Positions 8,709 through 15,660 of a stretch of DNA of 30,182 bases are shown here, piece by piece (the stretch's first letter is position 1; each line of letters opens with the position of its first letter). The DNA is from a virus. Its lineage: Duplodnaviria > Caudoviricetes. Made by a program: the position numbers and the translations under genes. The notes under the pieces were generated by a model. It saw only the letters and a list, made by a program, of their open reading frames with translations, was not told the origin of the DNA and made no database searches. Location: positions 1 to 30,182 of IMG/VR virus record IMGVR_UViG_3300042199_000240; one strand, given 5' to 3'.

Positions 8709-9014
8709 GTGTTTGATTTGGTAGAAAAAAGAGTAGGCGAAGCAAAGGCTATCGCTTGGGACACTTGCCACAAGATTTACTTGCTAATGGATAACGAGCA
8801 GGTAGAACTAATGCGTGGCTACGGATACGAACCACTTATTACCGCAGATGAAATGAAGCCAGCAGAGATGTTGGAAACTCTTAAGTATTGGTATGAAAAC
8901 TCTTGCTTTCTTAGATTTATCGATGCGGTAAGCACTAATCACGAAGACCCTAATGCTGGATTCGAAACTTTGATAGGTCAGTTCGATGGCGTAGATGAGG
9001 ACGAAGATGAGTAA
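8709..9014 (+). CDS. hypothetical phage protein
   Basis: GTG start after GAAAGGGG; WDTCHKIY and WYENSCFLRFI motifs. Confidence 0.8.
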   Translation: MFDLVEKRVGEAKAIAWDTCHKIYLLMDNEQVELMRGYGYEPLITADEMKPAEMLETLKYWYENSCFLRFIDAVSTNHEDPNAGFETLIGQFDGVDEDEDE

Positions 9015-9165
9015 GCCATTACACCCCAGCCCATACAAGCCCAACTTAGCATCTTGCGAAGTTTGTTGGGCAGATAGTAGCGAAACTACTATCTATCGCT
9101 ACAAAGGAACTACTTATTGCGGTTATGATTTAGAACGAGCCAAGAAAGAAGGTTGGCACAAATGA
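9007..9165 (+). CDS. small Zn-ribbon-like protein (52 aa; not in ORF track)
   Basis: CEVC...YCGYD; overlaps both neighbours (ATGA at 9162). Confidence 0.7.
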   Translation: MSKPLHPSPYKPNLASCEVCWADSSETTIYRYKGTTYCGYDLERAKKEGWHK

Positions 9166-9362
9166 AACTAAAAGTAAAAAATGTTCGATTTGATTTCGAG
9201 TATGAAGGAGGAAAGTATCCCCCACGCAAGAAACAAGATGCCATTGTTCGTGCGGTCATAGGAAAAGTCTATGAAGTAGAGAACGAGGACTTCCTTGCTG
9301 ATGCTATTTCAGACGATACAGGTTGGTGCATCTACGAACTCGATTACGAGGAAGTAGGATAA
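9162..9362 (+). CDS. hypothetical phage protein
   Basis: ATGA coupling; LADAISDDTGWC motif. Confidence 0.8.
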   Translation: MKLKVKNVRFDFEYEGGKYPPRKKQDAIVRAVIGKVYEVENEDFLADAISDDTGWCIYELDYEEVG

Positions 9363-9373
9363 GAAGTAAAAGT

Positions 9374-9401
9374 TCCCCCGCTTTGTGCGGGGGATTTTTT
9401 T
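9374..9401 (+). terminator. intrinsic terminator
   Basis: TCCCCCGC-TTTGT-GCGGGGGA followed by T7. Confidence 0.85.
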
Positions 9402-9588
9402 GCCTATACAGCGATAGCCAGAAAAGTGTAAAGGCTGAACTACAAATAACTTTGATGCGGTTAATCCAGGCATTAATCCCGTAGCCAAAAAGTAAAAATT
9501 GCCAGATGCGGATTAACAGCAATAACCAGTAGTGCATACTGAAGTTGTTTGTAGTTTTGCCAGCCACCAAAATCGCCAGTGCGGTGTA

Positions 9589-9618
9589 TTGACAAAAGGC
9601 AGGAAGGTTTGATAGAGT
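9589..9618 (+). promoter_or_regulatory. leaderless promoter with operator-like spacer
   Basis: TTGACA-N18-TAGAGT; ATG at 9626. Confidence 0.7.
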
Positions 9619-9625
9619 GTGCGGT

Positions 9626-9826
9626 ATGACGAAAAAGAAAAAGAAACCAGCACCCAGAAAACCTGTTCAACCCAAAAAGAAGTTAAAAGTAAAAAAGTGG
9701 TTGATGTGGGGATTTCTATTCGTGCTAGGTTCTGTATTACTAACTGAGAACGCACCCGTGTTTATTGTCTCAACTATCTTTGGTTGGCACTTACACAAGC
9801 GTTATGAAATCCATAAGAAGGTCTGA
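9626..9826 (+). CDS. small membrane protein with basic N-terminus
   Basis: Lys-rich N-terminus followed by two hydrophobic segments. Confidence 0.7.
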   Translation: MTKKKKKPAPRKPVQPKKKLKVKKWLMWGFLFVLGSVLLTENAPVFIVSTIFGWHLHKRYEIHKKV

Positions 9827-9827
9827 T

Positions 9828-9856
9828 TTGACAAAAGACAAAGAAAATGCTAAGAT
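9828..9856 (+). promoter_or_regulatory. sigma70-type promoter
   Basis: TTGACA-N17-TAAGAT with TGn extension. Confidence 0.8.
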
Positions 9857-9884
9857 GTTTTTAGAGATGTTGGAAGGAGGAGAA

Positions 9885-10391
9885 ATGTCAAAGATAATGA
9901 CACCAGCATACGCTCCCGATTATGGTTTGGAGTTAGACAGAGAGTTATGGTCTGAAGTCCTACCCGGCCTATGGCAAGGTGGAACTGACGACTTAGATAC
10001 GATTTGGGAACTTGATAGACCACAGGTTGCGGAGATAACAAAGAAAGAGTTTGACACAGTTATTACCGCCTACGCTTGGGCGAACCCTTGCGACTGGTTG
10101 GTAAAAGAAGTTCGTTTTCCGTTCTATGACGGAAGGATAGAGGACATTGACTTAGTAGAACTTTACCAAGTCGTTCGTATCGCCCATGACGACTGGAAGC
10201 GTGGTAAGAAGGTTCTTATCCGTTGCCAAGCAGGTTGGAATAGGTCAGGGCTTATTACGGCTCTAGTCCTAATGCGTGAAGGTTATACGGCAGATGAAGC
10301 AATAACACTTATTCGCCAAAAGAGAAGCCCACACGCCTTGTGTAATACAGCGTTTGATAAATGGTTGCGTAGCCTTCCTGCCCAAGAATAA
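9885..10391 (+). CDS. dual-specificity/tyrosine protein phosphatase
   Basis: CX5R loop VLIRCQAGWNRSG; FYDG general-acid loop; AITLIRQKR; start moved to ATG 9885 after GGAGG. Confidence 0.9.
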   Translation: MSKIMTPAYAPDYGLELDRELWSEVLPGLWQGGTDDLDTIWELDRPQVAEITKKEFDTVITAYAWANPCDWLVKEVRFPFYDGRIEDIDLVELYQVVRIAHDDWKRGKKVLIRCQAGWNRSGLITALVLMREGYTADEAITLIRQKRSPHALCNTAFDKWLRSLPAQE

Positions 10392-10417
10392 TCCGACACG
10401 CCGAAAGGCAGGAAGGT

Positions 10418-10446
10418 TTGACAAAAGGCAGGAAGGTCTGTAATCT
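10418..10446 (+). promoter_or_regulatory. promoter with tandem AAAGGCAGGAAGGT boxes
   Basis: TTGACA-N17-TAATCT; boxes at 10404-10417 and 10424-10437. Confidence 0.8.
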
Positions 10447-10490
10447 AAGGGTATTGGCTAAATAGTCAATAGAAAAGGGGTAAGGACAAA

Positions 10491-10646
10491 ATGAGAACAG
10501 AAGCGAAATACAAAAGACGCAGACTTGCGGTAGTTATTGTTTTTGTCGCACTTGTTGTTTGGGCTATGGACGCTACCACACCAGAGATGTGTAAAGTGCC
10601 AACAGAACAAATGAACCAATTTTGTTTAGACCTGTTGTATCCATAA
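10491..10646 (+). CDS. small membrane-anchored protein (51 aa; not in ORF track)
   Basis: YKRRRL followed by a TM helix and a C-terminal Cys pair; SD AAGGA. Confidence 0.75.
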   Translation: MRTEAKYKRRRLAVVIVFVALVVWAMDATTPEMCKVPTEQMNQFCLDLLYP

Positions 10647-10667
10647 TAACTAAAGGGGGTAGTAATA

Positions 10668-10919
10668 ATGTCAGGTTGGAGAACTAAAAAAGCAAATGCT
10701 TTAGCAAAAAGAGAAGCCTCTTTTATCAAAAGCAGAGAAAGACTTAGCACACCTCGTGCGGAGTTTTTACTAAAGTTTGCTTTTATGAGTGATGAGCAGT
10801 TTGAGAAATGGTCTGAACTAAAGACAAGTGCCGAAGCAAGAGCCTTTATGGAAGCACTACCAATGCCTCAAACAAAAACAAATGAAGTGTTTATCAAACT
10901 AGACAAAGAAGAAAGATAG
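10668..10919 (+). CDS. hypothetical protein
   Basis: SD AAAGGGGG. Confidence 0.75.
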   Translation: MSGWRTKKANALAKREASFIKSRERLSTPRAEFLLKFAFMSDEQFEKWSELKTSAEARAFMEALPMPQTKTNEVFIKLDKEER

Positions 10920-10931
10920 GGAAAAAGTAAA

Positions 10932-11099
10932 ATGGTCTTAGACACAGGAACAATGCTCGCAATAGTTATTGCGCTTGCGGGTTCGTGCTTTGTTATGGTT
11001 GTAGGTATTAGAGCGCAAGGTAAGTTGATACGGGAAAACAACAGACTTCGCAAAGAACTAACTGAACTTCACTACGACAAAGTGAGAGGAGGAATCTAA
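10932..11099 (+). CDS. small TM + coiled-coil protein (55 aa; not in ORF track)
   Basis: MVLDTGTMLAIVIALAG...LIRENNRLRKEL; TAATG coupling. Confidence 0.75.
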   Translation: MVLDTGTMLAIVIALAGSCFVMVVGIRAQGKLIRENNRLRKELTELHYDKVRGGI

Positions 11100-11281
11100 T
11101 GGAAGGAACTAATGTGATGCTTGACCCTATGGACTGCGACTTAGCGTGTCAGTTTGAGTGGATTGAGATTTCATCTAACTTCTTCAGCGTTGCGGTTTAT
11201 ACTCCAGCGTTGATTATTGGTTTAGGTGCTTACTTTATTTACAAAGGTTTCAAGAAAGCCAAATCAAAGAAGAAGGTTTAG
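11099..11281 (+). CDS. small membrane protein
   Basis: SD GGAGG; C-terminal TM helix and basic tail. Confidence 0.75.
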   Translation: MEGTNVMLDPMDCDLACQFEWIEISSNFFSVAVYTPALIIGLGAYFIYKGFKKAKSKKKV

Positions 11282-11289
11282 GTCGAGTA

Positions 11290-11493
11290 ATGGCAAAAAG
11301 TAAAAAACTAGAGCCAACAGCGTCCCAGATGTATCAGTCTGGATTGTCGATAGATGCGGTTGCTAAAGAACTTGGCATCACTTATCGAACTGCTCGCAAA
11401 GCAATTAGAGGTGGAGGGGTCATCTTGCGTGACCCGTCTGCTCGTCTGCGAGGTAGAACTCGCCCCGACAAAAGAAAGAGGTCATCAAGTTGA
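11290..11493 (+). CDS. helix-turn-helix DNA-binding protein
   Basis: YQSGLSIDAVAKELGITYRTARKAI..GGVILR, typical of small actinobacterial HTH proteins. Confidence 0.85.
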   Translation: MAKSKKLEPTASQMYQSGLSIDAVAKELGITYRTARKAIRGGGVILRDPSARLRGRTRPDKRKRSSS

Positions 11494-11645
11494 AGAACTT
11501 GAACATTATTTGGACAGCAGTAGTTTCCAGCCTGACTGGTGCGCTCGCAGTCTTGGTTGCTCTCTGGGGTGACCCAGATGTGGCTTTGGCTTTAGGTGCG
11601 GTATCTATTGCCTCAGCCATACTCTCTTTGAGAGAGAACCAATGA
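11490..11645 (+). CDS. two-TM microprotein (51 aa; not in ORF track)
   Basis: TTG start overlapping the upstream TGA; two hydrophobic helices split by GDPD. Confidence 0.65.
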   Translation: MKNLNIIWTAVVSSLTGALAVLVALWGDPDVALALGAVSIASAILSLRENQ

Positions 11646-11646
11646 T

Positions 11647-11675
11647 TTGACTTTCCTGCCCTGCTATGACAGGAT
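11647..11675 (+). promoter_or_regulatory. promoter for a putative small RNA
   Basis: TTGACT-N17-CAGGAT with TGn extension; no credible ORF before the next promoter. Confidence 0.6.
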
Positions 11676-11681
11676 AGGGAT

Positions 11682-11738
11682 AACACAAGGGGCTCTCCGA
11701 CATACCTTCCCCCGTCCGAGAGCCTCTTGTCCTTTATT
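11682..11738 (+). ncRNA. putative ~55-nt hairpin small RNA with C-rich loop
   Basis: 13-bp stem 11685-11697/11718-11730 plus GAC/GTC; loop ATACCTTCCCCC; T-rich tail. Confidence 0.6.
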
Positions 11739-11751
11739 GGCGTGTCGCTAC

Positions 11752-11780
11752 TTGACTTGTAGATTAGAGTGCGGTATTGT
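11752..11780 (+). promoter_or_regulatory. sigma70-type promoter
   Basis: TTGACT-N17-TATTGT. Confidence 0.75.
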
Positions 11781-11807
11781 ATGGTTATGTTCCAAAAGGG
11801 GGATAAA

Positions 11808-11921
11808 ATGGCAAAATCACAGAAAATCCAAATCATTTACATAAACTGCTGGAAGTGCGGAAAAGCGATTTCTATGCCTGAAAGCGACTATTATCACGGC
11901 GCAAGTTGCGGAAAGTGCTAG
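11808..11921 (+). CDS. Zn-finger microprotein (37 aa; not in ORF track)
   Basis: CWKC...CGKC; SD AAAAGGGGG. Confidence 0.75.
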   Translation: MAKSQKIQIIYINCWKCGKAISMPESDYYHGASCGKC

Positions 11922-12109
11922 TCAAATACCACCTTCCTGCTCTTTTTATGCTAGGCTAGATACCTAGAAAGACGCACGACCTAACGACTAACACGAAAGG
12001 TAAGCAATACCTAGTCTCCCCAAAGAGGGTGGCAAGGGTGGCTAAGTCAGCACCCGACCTGCGGTAAGCGATACGCAGGGTGTCCATGTCCCCTAACAAA
12101 GGAAAGTGA

Positions 12110-12739
12110 ATGCAAAAACCTAGTAGAGCCATCGAAAAATCTATAAGCGTTGTTTTATCTGTTGCGGTAATTTCGATGTTTTCGACCTATGTTCAAGCGT
12201 CTAGCGCAGAAGAACAAAAAGTAAAAAATGAAGTGCAGTTGCAGGAAGAAATCCAGAAAGAGAAAACCTACGAACAACTCGTCGAAGATGAGATTGCTCG
12301 CCACAAGGAAACTATCAAAGCCCTACAACTAGAACGCTTCGCAAATCAAAGAACCCCTTTCACTAACGAAGAACTCGCTCAACTACTTTACGCGGTTGGG
12401 TTTGAGGGCAAAGCCCTGAAGGTTGCTTGGGCAGTTGTGAAGAAGGAAAGTAATGGTCGCCCTTTAGCCTTCAATGGCAATAAAAGAACTGGTGACTCGT
12501 CATACGGCATCTTCCAAATCAACATGATTGGTGGATTAGGCGTAGATAGACGCGAGAAGTATGACCTAAAAACAAATACCGAACTATTCAACCCTGTCGT
12601 CAATGCCGAGATTGCTTTTCACATGAGTAATCAAGGAGAAGATTGGACATCATGGAAGGTTGGTGGAGGCTATAATGGTGTCGACCAAGAACGCTTTCTT
12701 TCTTGGTATTCCAAGTTTCCCGAAGGAGTTGTCCCTTGA
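12110..12739 (+). CDS. secreted lytic transglycosylase (lysozyme-like/SLT fold)
   Basis: N-terminal signal/TM; catalytic KESNG, SYGIFQIN, LFNPVVNAEIA and WTSW motifs. Confidence 0.85.
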   Translation: MQKPSRAIEKSISVVLSVAVISMFSTYVQASSAEEQKVKNEVQLQEEIQKEKTYEQLVEDEIARHKETIKALQLERFANQRTPFTNEELAQLLYAVGFEGKALKVAWAVVKKESNGRPLAFNGNKRTGDSSYGIFQINMIGGLGVDRREKYDLKTNTELFNPVVNAEIAFHMSNQGEDWTSWKVGGGYNGVDQERFLSWYSKFPEGVVP

Positions 12740-13197
12740 TTGAAGAAACCCCAGAGGCATTAGCCCCAGAACCAACTCCTGCGGTAGTAATACCTGAAGT
12801 TGTTGCGCCTGTATTTGCTGTCGAGCCAGAACCTGAACTGGTCAAAGAACCTGAAGTTGTTGTTAGTGCACCTGCTGCGGCTGCTGTCGAAGAGCCAAAA
12901 AGTAAAAATAATGCAGCGGCGGCGTCGAAGTTAAGTGGAAGTAAGAAAGTTGTTCGTTTGTCGAAACTTGTTTTCGAGGCACCTGAACGAAACTCTTCTT
13001 CAGTTGGTCTGTTCCAATTCCGTTTAGTTGAGCGAGGTTTTCATCTTGCTGGAACTGATAAGTTTGGCTGGATTAGCGAAGGAACTAAAAAGGCTTTTGC
13101 CGAGTTCGCTGGAGTGAAAGAAGATAAAGTAAATTTCCAAGATGCGGTTCTAGTCAAGCGTTTGTTTGAAGGAACTAGCATTGAGGTAGTTGATTAG
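12736..13197 (+). CDS. Pro/Glu/Ala-rich linker plus peptidoglycan-binding-like domain
   Basis: TTG start after AAGGAG overlapping TGA; SSVGLFQFRLVERGF...DKFGWISEGTKKAF resembles PG_binding_1. Confidence 0.6.
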   Translation: MIEETPEALAPEPTPAVVIPEVVAPVFAVEPEPELVKEPEVVVSAPAAAAVEEPKSKNNAAAASKLSGSKKVVRLSKLVFEAPERNSSSVGLFQFRLVERGFHLAGTDKFGWISEGTKKAFAEFAGVKEDKVNFQDAVLVKRLFEGTSIEVVD

Positions 13198-13203
13198 TTA
13201 GTA

Positions 13204-13246
13204 AAAGAAATAACCCCCTAGTTATTCGCTAGGGGGCTTTCTTTTT
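13204..13246. terminator. bidirectional terminator between convergent gene blocks
   Basis: A-rich flank, CCCCCTAG/CTAGGGGG stem, TTTCTTTTT. Confidence 0.8.
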
Positions 13247-13272
13247 GTTGGGCAACCACTTGCCAACAAAAC

Positions 13273-13947
13273 TTATTTTGTTTTTCTATTGCTCTCTGTT
13301 ATTGAGCGATACGCTGGTGACTTTCCGTGTTCTGTTGTGCGGTAGCCATAGCGAACTAGTCTAAAGGCTATCGCTGAAGTAGTCACGCCTAAAAGTTTTG
13401 CTAAGCGATAAAGAGTGACACCTTGCTCTTTGTGTGCTTGGTTTAGGAGATAAGTGTATTCCTCTGCCTCTGCTCTATAACGCGGTGAGTTTGAGCGAAC
13501 CTGTTGAGCATAAGGTTGTAGTTCCTTTAGCCTTTCCAATAACTCTGGAGTTGGCATAACATAGCGAGAAGTTCCAACCTTTTCTGCGTGGCGTGGAACA
13601 TCTGGTATCAAAAGAGTTGCTGGTGCTGGATTAGGTTTATGACTTGTCATAATCACTCTAATCATCTGTGCGGATAATCCTGACGCCCTTGCTACTGACG
13701 CCTGTGACCAACCTGCTTTGACTAACGCAATAATGTAATCGTTGCGTTGGTCTTTGTCCGCCTTTGTTGCTTTTGTGTCTAAAACTCTAAACAAGTCATA
13801 AACTTGTTGCGGTAGTTCTAGGTTTGATTTCTTTGGTAATCCTGCTCTCTTGTAGAAAGTAGGTCTTTCTTTGGGTAGTGCGTAGCGTGCGTTGTGCGCT
13901 CGCTCTAACTGACCCGGATTTGTTTTGAAGTTTATTGCCGTTGTCAT
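13273..13947 (-). CDS. double helix-turn-helix protein
   Basis: GWSQASVARASGLSAQMIR and GVTLYRLAKLLGVTTSAIAFRL. Confidence 0.8.
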   Translation of the reverse strand: MTTAINFKTNPGQLERAHNARYALPKERPTFYKRAGLPKKSNLELPQQVYDLFRVLDTKATKADKDQRNDYIIALVKAGWSQASVARASGLSAQMIRVIMTSHKPNPAPATLLIPDVPRHAEKVGTSRYVMPTPELLERLKELQPYAQQVRSNSPRYRAEAEEYTYLLNQAHKEQGVTLYRLAKLLGVTTSAIAFRLVRYGYRTTEHGKSPAYRSITESNRKTK

Positions 13948-13976
13948 TTTGTCCTTTCGTCTAACTTCTAAACAAC

Positions 13977-14005
13977 ATACTACACAAGTAGCATTTGTTT
14001 GTCAA
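13977..14005 (-). promoter_or_regulatory. sigma70-type promoter
   Basis: TTGACA-N17-TAGTAT on the minus strand. Confidence 0.8.
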
Positions 14006-14051
14006 ATCAAATCTTATCTAACTTTTTACTTTTTCGCTACTGCTGTAAAGT

Positions 14052-14080
14052 GAAAAACCCCGCCTGCTGGCGGGGCTTTC
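14052..14080 (-). terminator. intrinsic terminator
   Basis: CCCCGCC/GGCGGGG stem with T-tract on the minus strand. Confidence 0.8.
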
Positions 14081-14094
14081 CTATGAAGTTGTTT

Positions 14095-14430
14095 TTAGTT
14101 CATGCGTAGGAAGTTGCGTAGTTCTTGTGCGGTTTCCTCATTTAGTCCGAGAGTTTCTCCCTCGTCACCTGTGCCACCTGTGAAAATAACATTTCCACAA
14201 ATAACATCTGTCAAGCCGAAGTATTTTTCCCATAGGAAAGTAGCCATTGGGTTGATAGGAAGTCCGTGTAGTTTGCCTTCCTCATTACACCATAGCGTTA
14301 GGTTTGGCGTAAAATCTACGGCTTGAACCCAACCACCTACGGCGTCTTGTAAAACTTTTAGTTGGCTCTCGCCCTCTGTAAGTTCTATCTCTTTTGCTAC
14401 GCCTTCTGCGTCTAGTGTTATCGCTAGCAT
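14095..14430 (-). CDS. DUF3846-like protein
   Basis: LQDAVGGWVQ...WCNEEGKL.GLPINPMAT...ICGNVIFTG. Confidence 0.85.
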   Translation of the reverse strand: MLAITLDAEGVAKEIELTEGESQLKVLQDAVGGWVQAVDFTPNLTLWCNEEGKLHGLPINPMATFLWEKYFGLTDVICGNVIFTGGTGDEGETLGLNEETAQELRNFLRMN

Positions 14431-14457
14431 TTTGATAGCACCCCCTTTCTTTGTATA

Positions 14458-14486
14458 AGGCTAACCTATACGGCTAGCATTGTCAA
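14458..14486 (-). promoter_or_regulatory. sigma70-type promoter
   Basis: TTGACA-N17-TAGCCT. Confidence 0.7.
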
Positions 14487-14491
14487 GCATT

Positions 14492-14662
14492 TTAGAAACA
14501 CGACACGCATAGGTAGTTATTAGTTCCACCCTCGTTATAGACCTCTGAGCCGAAAGGCACTTTCTCCTCGCACTCTAGGCACTCTATACCCCCGAAGTAT
14601 TCTCGCCAATGGTCGTTATGAGTTCCTTTATCCCACTCGCTTGTGCGGGTTGCTTTTGTCAT
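14492..14662 (-). CDS. Zn-finger microprotein (56 aa; not in ORF track)
   Basis: CLEC...CVSC; SD AGGGGG. Confidence 0.7.
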   Translation of the reverse strand: MTKATRTSEWDKGTHNDHWREYFGGIECLECEEKVPFGSEVYNEGGTNNYLCVSCF

Positions 14663-14693
14663 TTTACTTTTTCCCCCTACTCTTTGCGGTCTT

Positions 14694-14879
14694 TTATTGA
14701 AAACTTTTTACTACTTTTGCTATTGGCTTTAGGATAGTTGCCAACACTCTGAAACTGCCTTCAATACCTGCGCCTAAGTTTTGTAGGTTTTCCTCGTGGG
14801 TGGCATAGTGCTTGCGCTTTGGCTTGCGGTGTAGTCGCTTGTAAGTTCCTACTATCGCACTATCAGGTAGTCCTCGCAT
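14694..14879 (-). CDS. small basic hypothetical protein
   Basis: Own promoter and SD AAAGGAAAG. Confidence 0.65.
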   Translation of the reverse strand: MRGLPDSAIVGTYKRLHRKPKRKHYATHEENLQNLGAGIEGSFRVLATILKPIAKVVKSFQ

Positions 14880-14907
14880 TTTCTTTCCTTTCCTTTGTTA
14901 TGCCCTA

Positions 14908-14936
14908 ATACTATGCCCTAGTTTTACGCTTGTCAA
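14908..14936 (-). promoter_or_regulatory. sigma70-type promoter (near-duplicate of 15320-15348)
   Basis: TTGACA-N17-TAGTAT. Confidence 0.8.
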
Positions 14937-14975
14937 GCCCTGCGGGTGTGTTTCTCGCCACATTTTTAGGGGGGT

Positions 14976-15140
14976 CTAAAACTCTTTAGGGGGTAGCCCT
15001 CGCCACTCTCTCATAGCCTCGTCTGTGCCACACCTAGAGCAGATAGCGGTCTTGTTATCCCTGCGGGATAGTGCGGGGTAGCCTGTGTAGTAGTCCTTAC
15101 ATCTAGGACATTGTTTTAGGTCTGTCATTTCGTCTGCCAT
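14976..15140 (-). CDS. Zn-finger microprotein (54 aa; not in ORF track)
   Basis: CPRC...PALSRRDNKTAICSRCGTDEA, a recurrent phage Zn-finger pattern. Confidence 0.8.
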   Translation of the reverse strand: MADEMTDLKQCPRCKDYYTGYPALSRRDNKTAICSRCGTDEAMREWRGLPPKEF

Positions 15141-15153
15141 TTTTACTTTTTCC

Positions 15154-15279
15154 TTAGCCTAGAAGTCCAAGTGCGCCAAGTATTGAGAGAGTAAAAACTA
15201 CAACCATAGCCCCACCCACTCCGAGAAGTTGAGCGTCTGCGGTATCAAACCACTCTGCGATTTCGTCTAGCAAGTTCAT
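15154..15279 (-). CDS. small membrane protein (41 aa; not in ORF track)
   Basis: SD AAGGAG; C-terminal hydrophobic helix. Confidence 0.7.
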   Translation of the reverse strand: MNLLDEIAEWFDTADAQLLGVGGAMVVVFTLSILGALGLLG

Positions 15280-15319
15280 TGTTCTGTCTCCTTTTAGCAC
15301 TCCTTGTGCTTATGGGTGA

Positions 15320-15348
15320 ATACTATGCCCTAAACTTACGCTTGTCAA
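15320..15348 (-). promoter_or_regulatory. sigma70-type promoter
   Basis: TTGACA-N17-TAGTAT. Confidence 0.8.
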
Positions 15349-15384
15349 GTCTTTACTATACGGCGTGTCTATGATTTAGGCAAC

Positions 15385-15411
15385 AAAAAACCCCCCTATG
15401 CGGGGGGTCTT
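15385..15411 (-). terminator. intrinsic terminator
   Basis: C6/G6 stem with T-tract on the minus strand. Confidence 0.75.
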
Positions 15412-15423
15412 TGTCAAGCCTTT

Positions 15424-15660
15424 TTAGGCTAGGGATAGAACCTGTCTTGGGTGATTTAGAACAATCCCTAAGATTTCCTCTGCGGTTAGCATACGGGCTT
15501 CCTTTCCGTAGGCTTCCTCTGTGACGATTACCTCTGTAATCGGTGCGGTGGTCTTTAGGAGTAGTTCCCTAACCTGTGCGGTGGTATCTACTACGAAAGA
15601 GTAGTTAGTTGGGTATCCCTTGCCCTCATCTACCGAAATCATTACTCCGTGTTGAGCCAT
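15424..15660 (-). CDS. hypothetical protein
   Basis: Own promoter, SD GGAAAGGGA and terminator. Confidence 0.8.
   Translation of the reverse strand: MAQHGVMISVDEGKGYPTNYSFVVDTTAQVRELLLKTTAPITEVIVTEEAYGKEARMLTAEEILGIVLNHPRQVLSLA

Noticed and set aside
9765-9884. N-terminal extension of the phosphatase given in the ORF track
   Set aside because: It overlaps the upstream gene and a clear promoter; the GGAGG SD supports ATG 9885
11960-12109. c-di-AMP (ydaO) or c-di-GMP riboswitch
   Set aside because: The conserved consensus segments could not be matched; kept only as an unassigned structured leader
15412-15417. Minus-strand TTGACA as a promoter
   Set aside because: No -10 at 16-18 bp; it abuts a terminator stem
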